Of a DNA stretch of 64,000 bases, positions 52,600-64,000 are shown piece by piece. Below the pieces are notes generated by a model that ran no database searches, had not been told where the DNA came from, and worked only from the letters and a program-made list of their open reading frames with translations. A program made the position numbers and the translations under genes. Source of the stretch: Eledone cirrhosa. Taxonomy: Eukaryota. Each line of letters opens with the position of its first letter. Within the stretch, counting starts at the first letter, position 1. The stretch lies in assembly GCA_964016885.1 (NCBI GenBank), contig OZ024743.1:372186001-372250000 (forward strand), read 5' to 3'.

Positions 52600-53449
52600 T
52601 GTAACAGAATACTTCTATGTTTTACCTGGCGAAGAATCAAAACCGAATCTGAGGGTTCTCGCATCTAAAACCACCTATTGTTGGGAGTTTCCCACCATTG
52701 TCCTGTCAAGAGACAAGTATGATAAACGTACATACAACTTGACCTGTGACCTCAGCTTCTTGACAGATGACACACACATGGCTACTCATAAATCAACACA
52801 TATACACATCCTTCTAGCTATAGCGTTATTATAAATTCTTAGGAAATCCAGCACAGAGATCACGTAGCAGACCTTTTACTCTTTCTTTCTCCTGGCCTCA
52901 GGTTCTAACATTTCATACCCACTCGGTAGATCGACCAACTACAGGATAGACAAACACAAACACACACGCAGTAGGTTTACTTTAATCTTTCTTCTTTCTG
53001 TTATTTCACTTCTATTATATCGTTGTATTGATACATGCATACACGCTAGCTCGAAGTAGCTAGTCAGCAAATAATGTAGTGATAATTGCAATGACTTCGA
53101 GAGAGGGAGTAGACATAGTGATAACACAAACAAGAGAAGAAAGTTCTGCTAACACTGTGAAATTTCTCTTCACGAAAACCAGTTTGTTTACTATGCTCTC
53201 ACATTCATTATGTAGTGTATAAATGCCAGAATTGCGATGTCGACAATGTTTATTTTACAATAACAATATTCACTTGTTGGTACATAAAATATCGAGTAAT
53301 AAAATTGTGACAGCAATTATCACTAGATTATTTGCTGTCTAACTAGGACAATGGTAGGAAACTCCCAACAATAGGTGGTTTTAGATGCGAGAATCCTCAG
53401 ATTCGGTTTCGAATCTTCGCCAGGTAAAACATAGGAGTATTCCGTTACA
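52600..53449. mobile_element. Non-autonomous Ginger-like DNA transposon (TGT...ACA, ~105-bp TIRs, 4-bp TSD)
   Basis: 52600-52704 is the imperfect reverse complement of 53345-53449; CCAT duplicated at 52596-52599 and 53450-53453. Confidence 0.8.
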
Positions 53450-54157
53450 CCATCTATTTTGTCGTGTTATTTCACCTCTAATAACACTTACTAACTTTGC
53501 TTCGCTTCATATACACATATAACAATGAGAAAACTCATCGCTACAACAGCCGTTAAAACAGCTAAATGCTATCAAAGACAGCGATGGACAAAAATGCCTC
53601 AGAGGACAGAGACCAGCGGCCAATGGTCAACTGAGAGACAATCCACAAGGTAGGTGACAGGCAGATGAAATATAGAAAGGATTGAAAGAGGAGGAAGACA
53701 AGGAGAAGGATATTAATGCATAGACGTGACTGGAAGAAAGAAATAAAGAAAGGCAATGTACAAGACAAGTTTGCTTACACACATCTTCACCCTCATCAGC
53801 TCTCAAACCAGCAAAATGGTTTAGCTGTACTAGCGATGAGTTTTCTAATGTTTATATGTATTCAAGTACACGCTCGCTTCATTTCGATCAGAGACAACAC
53901 TGTTTTGTCATTTCATTTTATCAGAGCTTTGAATAGCTTTCTATTTAGGACAGACACCACAGCTTGAGGGCCACTATTTCATTATTTTATTTTATTTGTT
54001 TTCTTTCCTTCTATCTGTGCCGTTTGTTTTATCATACATATATTTAATCCATGCTTTCTTTCTATCCTCTTCCAAGTATTTATTCCATGGAGAATATAAA
54101 TATCATTCCATCTCACTTCCTTCTTCTCTCGCCATGTATCATATTTAACAATGGCTA

Positions 54158-56993
54158 TTTAGCAGTATTAGTTATTAAGTAGTCGTGGTCGCCACTTTAG
54201 CAGGCATGTATGAATGTTGTGAAGTCGCCACTTTAACAGGGTAGATGATTGAAGGTCGTTAGTTGCCAGTGTGGTAAGTGATAGTATCCTCGTTGGATTA
54301 TCTTGTCTACATAGACGTGAGGGAAGGTCCCTCGATCTATTTACCATCTTCGTATTTACAATATCCCTTTCGTCAGGTCGCCAATTCCAACAGCATGGAT
54401 TATAGATGTTATTGAGACACGAGTAACATAATAATGATTTCAACAGCAGTAATTAGAGATGAAATGTATGTTTATTTTTGATGTAGCACAAACAATGTTT
54501 GTTAACTTATATGGTTGAAGTTACAGATAAAAAGAGGTTACAAAAGGGAATGTGCCATCGCGCCGTTAAGTCGGCGAGGCTAGGGTGCAATATCTCACCG
54601 TTACATTATGCGTGTTGATGGCTTGAAGTTTCCGGTACAAGAGAGAGATTCTTCAAATCTTCGCGGGGAATTTCTTCCTCAGGGCGCGTAGGGATACATC
54701 CTCTTCTACTGGCGCTGATTGGCTGAACTGAGCCAAATCACGCATAGAGAATGTATATGAGCCCGCGGAATGTAGGTCACTACAACTCCCCCTTTCTAGA
54801 CGGTAGTCGATACAGATTATTAAATCAGCAAGAACAAATGCCGAAAGAGCACATCAGTGAAAAAATAATTGAGCAGAAGGCTGCATGCAAGAAAAAAAAT
54901 GAGGCGCTACGGGCCGTGTTGAGCCGCTGTGTCAAATAACCAGTTGTTTTGTTGTTTATACGTGACCGCCAAAGGTCTAACAAAAAACGGATAAAGTCTG
55001 ACATGGGCGAAGTTGCTGTTCTTGCATTAAATGTCAATGGCAAGTGCTGCACCAGTAGCTGTGGACGAAGCTATTATGGCAGTGGTGGCAAGAAGATGAT
55101 GGGTAGGCGAGAAAATGTTGGCCTCCTAGATGTATTGCCGAATGTGCTAGGGAGCCAGGAAAAAATGGCTGGTTGCTTTGTAAAGAAAAAAAAGCAAGTT
55201 TAATCTGTAGGTGGGTTGCAGTGAAAATTCCATAATTCGGGCGAATCCTCAGGAGTGGCCGAAATGCTGACAAGTCCAGTTCAATTTGTTGCTTTCCCAG
55301 CGAGTCGGGCAAAAACAACAAGACGGATGGCCGTCATGGACGATCAGTGTGCAACGAGATGCGAAGCTGTTTGAGTTCAGCTGCAATTAGTATTCTAGTG
55401 TTGCGGTGCCTGTTTGAATCCAGTGGATTAAGCTCTGTGAGCTGCTAGCATGTGACAGCACCTCGACCAGGTGAAAAGGGACTCGCAGAATATTACGTTT
55501 GAAGAACATATACCAAGAACAACATGTTGGTGTGTGATAAAAAAAATGTGTGCATATGCAGGCATGTAAAACAGCAAAGAATGTGAATGAACAAAAACCA
55601 TGAGCAAGCAAATAGCAAAAGAACACAAAATAAGTAAATGCATTCTACAAAGAAATATGTGAATGTAACAAACTGATAATTCAAAGTCAATCTAAGGGAG
55701 CAGAGAAATTGCTCAATAAGTTCAAAGTTTTTCAAAGTCAAATAGTTCACACATCACCAGTGTACAGACACTAGTTCTATCTGAAAACTGAAAAAGAAAT
55801 TTGTTAATGCCGTTAGGGGTTAGGTGTATGGTGTTTTTGTGAGTTTTCGTGGCCATCTTGTGTGGCATAAGGTTGTGTTGCTTAATGTTAAAGCAAAGTC
55901 AAAGAATCTTCTGTAGAGTAGCAGTCACCAAACATGGCAGCCACGTCTGACGCCATAATGGTGAGAAAACTACTGTCTCAATTTCTCGAGTCCCTGTGGT
56001 AACGAGACAGAAGGTATGGTGGTTGCGTCGGTAAAGTTACAAGCCGTTTTTAAATTTCCGATGTGTGGTGGTTTGCGTCGGTAAGGCTATGAAGCTGCCA
56101 CTCACTATTCCCTGTTTTGGTCAGTGGCTAAAAAATGTTGTCGCTGCTGCTGCTGTCGTTGTTGATCGTAGACAGGACTTGTCGGTAGCCATTTTGAAAT
56201 TTCTTCGTGGCGAAAAATTTTTGAAATACTGCTAATTTTTCAAAAAAAAAACTTTGAAAGGAATATATTGTATCTTCGCAAGTTGCGAAAAGGCCGGCAA
56301 CGTGGCAATAAAAGTTCAACTGAATGAAAAAGAAGGGCTGCGTCATATTCTTACGTCGGTCACCACTTTAGCAGTATTAGTTATTAAGTAGTCGTGGTCG
56401 CCACTTTAGCAGGCATGTATGAATGTTGTGAAGTCGCCACTTTAACAGGGTAGATGATTGAAGGTCGTTAGTTGCCAGTGTGGTAAGTGATAGTATCCTC
56501 GTTGGATTATCTTGTCTACATAGACGTGAGGGAAGGTCCCTCGATCTATTTACCATCTTCGTATTTACAATATCCCTTTCGTCAGGTCGCCAATTCCAGC
56601 AGCATGGATTATAGATGTTATTGAGACACGAGTAACATAATAATGATTTCCACAGCAGTAATTAGAGATGAAATGTATGTTTATTTTTGATGTAGCACAA
56701 ACAATGTTTGTTAACTTATATGGTTGAAGTTACAGATAAAAAGAGGTTACAAAAGAGAATGTGCCATCGCGCCGTTAAGTCGGCGAGGCTAGGGTGCAAT
56801 ATCTCACCGTTACATTATGCGTGTTGCTGGCTCGAAGTTTCCGGTACAAGAGAGAGATTCTTCAAATCTTCGCGGGGAATTTCTTCCTCAGGGCGCGTAG
56901 GGATACATCCTCTTCTACTGGCGCTGATTGGCTGAACTGAGCCAAATCACGCATAGAGAATGTATATGAGCCCGCGGAATGTAGGTCACTACA
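54158..56993 (-). mobile_element. Young non-autonomous LTR retroelement (Gypsy-like signals), 627-bp LTRs
   Basis: LTRs 54158-54784 and 56367-56993 differ at only a handful of sites; TSD GCTA; PPT AGAAAGGGGGAGT abuts the 3' LTR; PBS-like TGGTGACCGACGT follows the 5' LTR; no gag/pol ORF recognised. Confidence 0.92.
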
Positions 56994-57399
56994 GCTATAT
57001 TCGTCAGGACCTGGTCCCTTTTTTGTCTATAATTCTACGAATTCTCTCCCCATATATTTAATTCCTACTTTCTTCTTACCCTCTCTCAAGTATTTATTCC
57101 ATAGAGATTATAAATACCGACTCATTAACATACATTCACACTCACCACCCTCAAACCACCTTATAGTCTTAGACCAATAAAACTACAGCAATACAAAAAT
57201 CTACCCAATATCTGTGGCAATAACCGCTACTATCTTTTCTGCTCTTGGAGATCTTCGTTTATAGGCTGAAATGAAATGGAATGATGGAGCAGCCTTAAAT
57301 ATAAATATAAATATGAATCAAAGCGTTTCCAGACATCAATGCGAACTTTTCTCACTTCAGATACAGAAAACATACACCCACCCAAACCACCACAATTAC

Positions 57400-58700
57400 C
57401 CATCACCATCCTCCACTGATAGCAAACACCCAAAGTTCTGAATTGGCACCATAAACGTGAGCACAATGAGAGGGAGAACAGAAGTGATTGTAGAGATGCT
57501 AGAATGGAAGAAAATTGATGTATGTTGTGTACAAGAGACTAGATGGAGAGGAGAGTCAGTCAAACTCCTTGTAGGCAAAAAGCAGGGCTACAAATTCTTC
57601 TGGGTGGGAAAGGAAAATGGACTGGAGGGAGTAGGTATCTTATTAGCCGACAAATGGGTAGATAAGATAAAATCCGTAAATAGAGTGAATACGAGAATCA
57701 ATAAACTTAGAATAGACCTAAATAGAACAATTACCACAATTATTTAATTGTGTTGACAGATAAACTCTAAGATAGGCTTTATGAATCCATAATGCACTAA
57801 CAGATGACACTGGCTTATTAATCATTGTGGGGGAATTTAATGGACATGTTGGGAAACACTGTGTCGGTTTCAACAGAGTTCATGGAGATTACAGGTTTGG
57901 CGCAAGAAATGAAGAAGGTTTCAGGCTCCTAGAATTCTGTGACACCAATGACCTATCGATATGCAACACAAACTTTAAAATACCCGACAACTACCTGATC
58001 ACCTATAGATCTGATGATCATGCTAGCCAGATAGGTTTTATCCTTACCAGAGGACGAATTAGAGAGTCAGTGGTAAACATGAAATCCTTCCCTGGTGAGG
58101 AATGCACCTCCCAACATAGCCTGATAGTTAGTGATTTCACTGTCAGAGATTTCACCTGGAGACAGAAGGCAACATGGAGGAGAAGGATATGGAAGCTGAA
58201 AGAGCCCTCAGCCAGTAACAGATTTAAAAATATTCTGCTTGATGCCTATGACAGTAAAGAAGAACAGATTAAGAGATTCAATATAGAAGAGCATTTAGAA
58301 TTCCTAAAAGATAACCTACCGAAGGCGACAGACGAAATCTGTGGATGGAGTAAGACTACAGGGAGTAGGAGAATGATTTGGTGGTGAAGTAATAAGGTAG
58401 ATGAGACAATTAAGGCCAAAAGACAAGCATGGAAAAAATGGAAGAATAGGGTAAGCAGGGTACATTACATAGAGACCAGAAGGGAATCTAGATGACAAGT
58501 ATACTTAGCAAGGAGGGAAGCAGAACATAAAAAATGCAAGCATCTTTTACAGTGTGATGACCAGAAGACCCAGACGTACGAGTCAACAGCAATGTAGTAT
58601 GTAAGGCAATTAAGGATATAAAGATTGGGAAAGCAACCGGTCCATCGGGAATAGTTGCTGAGATGCTGAGAAGCATCTGGGTCAGTAGGTCACACTATAA
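57400..58700 (+). mobile_element. RTE-like LINE 5' fragment (AP endonuclease; family of 28553-31450)
   Basis: IGTINVSTMRG, CCVQETRWRG, GEFNGHVG, ECTSQHSL, RRRIWKLK. Confidence 0.9.
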
Positions 58701-58959
58701 ACACACGTACACCCCAGCCCAATCCAATATAAACACACAACACAACACATAGGGTTACTGCCCCTGAAATATACCAATGTTGCATGTGCCGCACCAACTA
58801 AGAGGAGACAATATGCATATTCAGACGCAGTACAGACAGTAGCACTAGAGCAGCAGTCTTTCTTAGAAATGGCAGAAACGATTGTGAGACAACTGACCTG
58901 GCTACATCGTTTTCAGAACCAAAGTCACTCACAGCAACACTCAAGATCACCACAATCAA

Positions 58960-60870
58960 AGCACCGAGGGTGGCCACCCCTGAAATTAACCAAAATGCCA
59001 TATCTGCTGACACATCAAATGTCACATCAGTGTTGGTGTTGAATATCAGGGACCTGGTGAAACTCACCAACATGAGTAAAATTCTCTACCTGTCATACCT
59101 AGCCATAAGCAATCAAGCAATATGCATGGCACTAACTGAAACTTACCTGACAACTAGTATAGCAGATGTGGGAATACACATACCAAAGTATACTGTATTT
59201 TTGTTTGGACAGGGGGGACAGAATTCATGGTGGAGTTGCTTTGTACATCCGTGAAGATGTCACACCCATTGTACTGTTGACACATTCCAACTCAGTCACA
59301 CTGATAGTACACACTGATAGTACATGTAAAGCAACTGAAAATGGTAATAGGTGTCACATATCAGCCACCAGAAGACCCTAGTCATGAATGTAAGAGTGAA
59401 TATAGGCTCAGAAAGAAGGAAGAAGTCCTAGGCAAACTGGATCAGAGTCTCAACATTCTGCTGCTGGGAGACTCTAACCTTCCTAAGGTCAAATGGCCTG
59501 AGGGTCAACTCCTCTCAGGAATGACAACACTCGAACAGAGACAGAGTCCCTGCTGGCCCTCTCACACAGGCTGTTCATGGAACAAGTACTTCACCCCAAA
59601 AGAGGTGAGAATGTACAAATAACACGGTGCTCATCCACAATGTAGAGGTGACACCAACGATATTCTTGGATCATAACTTAGTAGAATTAATGATATATGG
59701 TCCAAGGGAGTCAGTAGAGATGCAACCATTAAGAAGCCCCGGGAATCTATCCAGCCTAAACTTTCACAAGTCTAACTGGAAAAGGATCCAGGAAGAGATC
59801 CTGAAGCAAAACTGGAATGACAATAGCAACATAAGCTACAACGCGCAATTTCAACATTTCATGACAATCCAAACCATAAGCTATACGTTTGTCCCAGAAA
59901 AAAAAATGTTATTCCCAGAGACAGGAAAATTCTTATGAGACGAAGAACAAAGATCTCAAACCTGTTAAATGCACATCAGAAAAACAAGAAGGAACCCTAT
60001 TTAAAATAGGCACTGGTTGAAATTGAAATTGCATTCAAACTTTCCCATGAAAACGAGAGGGCAGAGAGAGAAGCCAGGGCCATAGAAAACAAACCCTAAA
60101 GCCTTCTTTAAATTTGCAAAAGAGACTCTCTCGGTACACTGCAAGATTGGGCCACTCTTCCATAAAGATGGTTCATTAACCGAGGATCCCCAAGGGATAA
60201 GTGAAATACTGAATGAACAGTACAGTGTTTTTACACCCCCAATGAGGCACATGCAAATAACAAATCCAGAGGAATTCTTTGATGCCACAGCACTACACGG
60301 AGAAATGGCGACCGTCAACCACACAAACATAACGGAAGAAGATGCAATATCAACCATAGAAAAATGTGAGCAAACTTAGCTGCTGGACCTGATTGGTTCC
60401 CAGCAATCCACATAAAAACATGCAAGCGCACCTTAGCAAATCTCTGAAGATTCTCTTTAGAAGTTCTCTGGCTAGCGGTAAACTGCCCAGAGAGTTAAAA
60501 TAAGGCATACAATGCCCTATCCATAAAGGAGGGATTAAAGCAGAGGCTAAAAGCTACAGGCCAATCTTCCTGACGTCACATATCAGCAAAGTCATGGAAC
60601 GAATCATCAAAAAGAAACTGATCACGTTCCTCGAGGAAAATGACCTAACTAAAACCTAGCATGGGAAGAAGCTTTTACAACACTACTACTGGGTACTGAG
60701 ACAGCTGCTAGACCACTCAAATGTATATGTGATATATCTTGACTTTGCGAAACCTTCGACAAGGTCAACCATGGAATGTGTCACAAACTACACAAATTCG
60801 GTATAGTTGGAAAATTAGGTGAGTGGCTGCATGACTTCTTAAGAGACAGAAACCAGACTGCTGCAGCCAA
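58960..60870 (+). mobile_element. CR1/L2-group LINE pseudogene (APE + RT N-terminus)
   Basis: ALTETYL, DR...GGVALYIRE, YQPP, LLGDSNLP, DHNLV, NFHKSNW, YRPIFLTS, YLDFAKxFDKVNH. Confidence 0.85.
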
Positions 60871-60874
60871 CAAA

Positions 60875-63800
60875 GGGGTCTTGCCTAATGTTCTTTAACC
60901 ATCCTTGAAAACTCTTTGAGATACCTAGTGCGCCTATGACAATCGGAATGACCTTGATCGCATGACTGTCCAAAATCCGTTTTAATTCCTACTTTAAATC
61001 CTGGTATCGGTTAATTTTCTCCTTCTCCTTTTCTTGCACTCTCGTGTGAAATGGGCAGGCTACATCAACAATCAGGAACCATCTTTTTTCTTTGTCAAAA
61101 ACCACCATGTCAGATCTATTGTGTTCTAATTTCTTGTCTCTCTGTATCTTGAAATTCCATAGCACCTTCACTCGATCGTTTTCTATCACTGACTCTGGCT
61201 TATGCTCATACCACTTCTCAGAATGTGGTAAATTATTTAGTTCGCAAAAATCTTTGTATCATCTTTCCTATTATATGATGCCTCCAGCCTTTATAGTGAG
61301 ACTGGACTAGATGTTTACACTCGGATATGATGTGAGCCACAGTTTCCTCTCTCTTTCCATAGATCCTACAGATTGGGCTTGACTCCTTGTAAATATGGTG
61401 TTTAACCTACTTCGTTCTGAGGGATTGCTCCTGTGCAGCCGTTAGCACTTCCTTTGTAGCCTTTTAAGGTCTCCTCTTTTTAATCAGTCTGTGGATCTCT
61501 GAATTCCGTTTTCTTAAAGAAGGAGCTATGAATGGATTTTTCATGAAGGTTGCTCTTCCTCTTTGTTGTTATTTCCTCCTTGGACATCCCCTGGTCTATT
61601 ATCTTCTCCTTCAGTACAACTTTGAGCATTCGCTCCTTACTGTCAGACATTTGTGCAGACTGTTTTTCTCCAGCTGAACACAGTCCTCTATGCTGATAAG
61701 ACCTCTTCCACCTTCAGATCTATTTAAGTAGAGTCTATCAACATCACTCCTCTTGTGGAACATGCTGTAGGTAGTCATTAGCTTCCTAGTCTTCCTATCC
61801 ATTTCGTTTTGTTCAGTAACATTCCATTTCAGAATTCCCGCACTGTACCTAATAATAAACACAGCTCGGGAATTTACTGCACTTATGACATTCCTACTAT
61901 TTAGATGTGATTTTAGTATGTTCCTTACTCTCCTTATATATTGAGGTCTTATTAATTCTTTCATTTTATTGTTCTTAATCTCATCTTCCTCCAGAACACC
62001 CAAATATTTGTATCCCTCTTCAGTGTCGATTTCCTTTATCATCTCACCTGTTGGTACTTGGATTTCGTTGCTTCTGTTCAATTTACCCCGCTTCATCACT
62101 AGGACTCCACACTTATTAACACCAAATTCCATACATATATCATTGCTAAAAATATGGACAGTGTCAACAAGTACATCCAACTCCTTCTCACTTTCCCCAA
62201 AGAGTTTTAGATCATCCATGAAGTTGATGGTAAGCTCCCCTCTTCCCAGCTTGTATCCTGCTTTCACTTTTCGCAATATGAGGGACAAGGGTATGAGGGT
62301 AAGGACAAACAACAAAGGGGACAAACTCTCCTTGAAATATACCTCACTTGATCTTCACTCCACCCAGGTCTTCATACTATTACTTAATAGCTGTCTGATG
62401 CTGTCTGTCACCTTGAAGATCTCTAGGCTTTTGGTTATCCAAGAATGAGGAACCATGTTGAATACCTTCTTGCAGTCTATCCATCAAAATGGCAAAACCA
62501 GTATGCCTCCTCTTGCAGTTCCTTATTACCATCCTGTCAATAATTAACTGGTCTTGTGTACCACGGGACTTCTTTCGGCGTCCTTTCTGTTCGTCCAGCA
62601 ACAAGTTGTTGATGTGGAGGTGATGTTAGATCTTCTCAGACACAATGCTTGTTAACAATTTCCACATTACGGACAGACATGTGATAGGCCTATAGTTGGT
62701 AACCTCATTACCCTTGATCGGTCTTTTATTACCAGAACTGTGGTACCTTTTGTCAACCACTCTGGTACTTCACCCGACACCAAGCAATCATTGAATATGG
62801 CTGTCAATTTGGGTAGAGGGATGTTATATTTTTTGTCCAATATCCTTGCACACCATCTGGGCTTGGTGATATCCAGTTGGTTAGTTCTTTGGCCTGCTTT
62901 CTAAGAGTTTCAACTGTGATACTCTAATCAGGTTGTTGGTGTGCTTGTTCACTAATCTCCTTTTTAACTGCCTCAATCCACACTGCCTGACTATTATGGT
63001 TAACACCCTGCTCCCATATTCCTCTCTAAAATGCCTTAGTCTGTTCAGCTTCAGGGATCAAGTCGTTACTTCTTTCTTTCCCTTCAATCTGTTCAAATAA
63101 CATCTTCTGGTTGTTGTCAAACATGTGGTTCTGTCTATACTGACTGACTCTGTTCTCATATCTTTTAATCTTTGCCCTTTTTGCTACTATGCGTTGCTTA
63201 AGTTCCTCTATGATAACATTTAGCTCTTTTCCCTTAGTGTCTATGTTTTGTAATGTCCCATTTAGTAAAGACTCAAGCCTTCCAATGTCATTTCCTTGAT
63301 TTGACCATTCAGTCTTTTCTTCCACCAAGCTTCTGTTCTTTCTTGTTTGTTGTTTCCTCTCGTTTTTATACCAAGTAAATCTTTCACCACATTTGCGGTT
63401 ACTTTGAGGATGTTGTTGCATTGGTGAAGGTTCTTCACCTCAAGGTATGGGATGACCTTGTTTAACTTAACCGTCGTTTCTTTTAACTTTTTCCTGTCTA
63501 CAAATCTTAGGTTCATAGGTTTTCCACTATCATTGTTCATTTCATCTACCACTAAGTTCAGAATATCATCAAAATCTTGCCCTAGCCCGTCAGCATTCAT
63601 TTCCTCAATGGCCGTATCTTTGTTCCAGATATTATTTATTTCAGCATTCAGGTCATTGTCTGTTTCGGTTGCTTTCTCAGGTCTCTCAACCTCTTCACCT
63701 TCATTTCCCACTGGCTCATTTGCCTAATATACCCCACTTTTCATTTCCAACTCAATCTCTCTGCTCAGTTCCTATAATTCCAACTCGCTTATCCATCCAT

Positions 63801-64000
63801 TAGTTCTTATTACCCGAGCCTGACCCGCCAGCTTTTGTTCAAACAATTTAAATAAACCAACCTCATTCCAGATTTTATGCATCCATTTCCTATAGCCTTT
63901 TCCCATGGGGTCACTCTTCAGGTAACATTTCATGACAGTTCTATTCAATTCTTTCGTCCAGTTGGTTCTTGTCCCTTTCCTTCTTCTTCCTCCTACACCA
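60875..64000 (-). mobile_element. R4/Dong-like non-LTR retrotransposon pseudogene (RT + CCHC + RLE); runs off the window
   Basis: NYRPITCLS, EQKG..KKSRGTQDQL, SLSPLLF, FMDDLKLF, YKYLG, GGRGL, CRI..ETVAHIISEC, LEHNRSDMVV...IVDVACP. Confidence 0.9.

Overview
Eukaryotic (animal) repeat-rich DNA. The SINE family and repeat content look cephalopod/octopus-like, but that is inference from recall. I find no intact host protein-coding gene. The window is a nested patchwork of decayed mobile elements between (TA)n/(CA)n/(GA)n microsatellites: CRE-like and R4/Dong-like RLE retrotransposons, RTE-like and CR1/L2-like LINEs, several Penelope-like elements (PLEs, RT + GIY-YIG), Helitrons, tRNA-type SINEs with TSDs, long-TIR MITEs, a Ginger-like element, a young non-autonomous LTR element, a hAT fragment and a ~1.9 kb degenerate TTAGGG array. 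The main hidden signal is RNA structure. About 16 well-formed type I hammerhead ribozyme motifs (CUGANGA-stem II-GAAA-stem III-NUH), plus several degenerate ones, can be folded by eye. Eight lie in three different non-coding repeat families (558, 469 and 660 bp units). Each family has a 5' inverted copy and sits in (TA)n, i.e. retrozyme-like / non-autonomous PLE elements that could yield unit-length (possibly circular) RNAs. All folds and coordinates were read manually and have not been computed.
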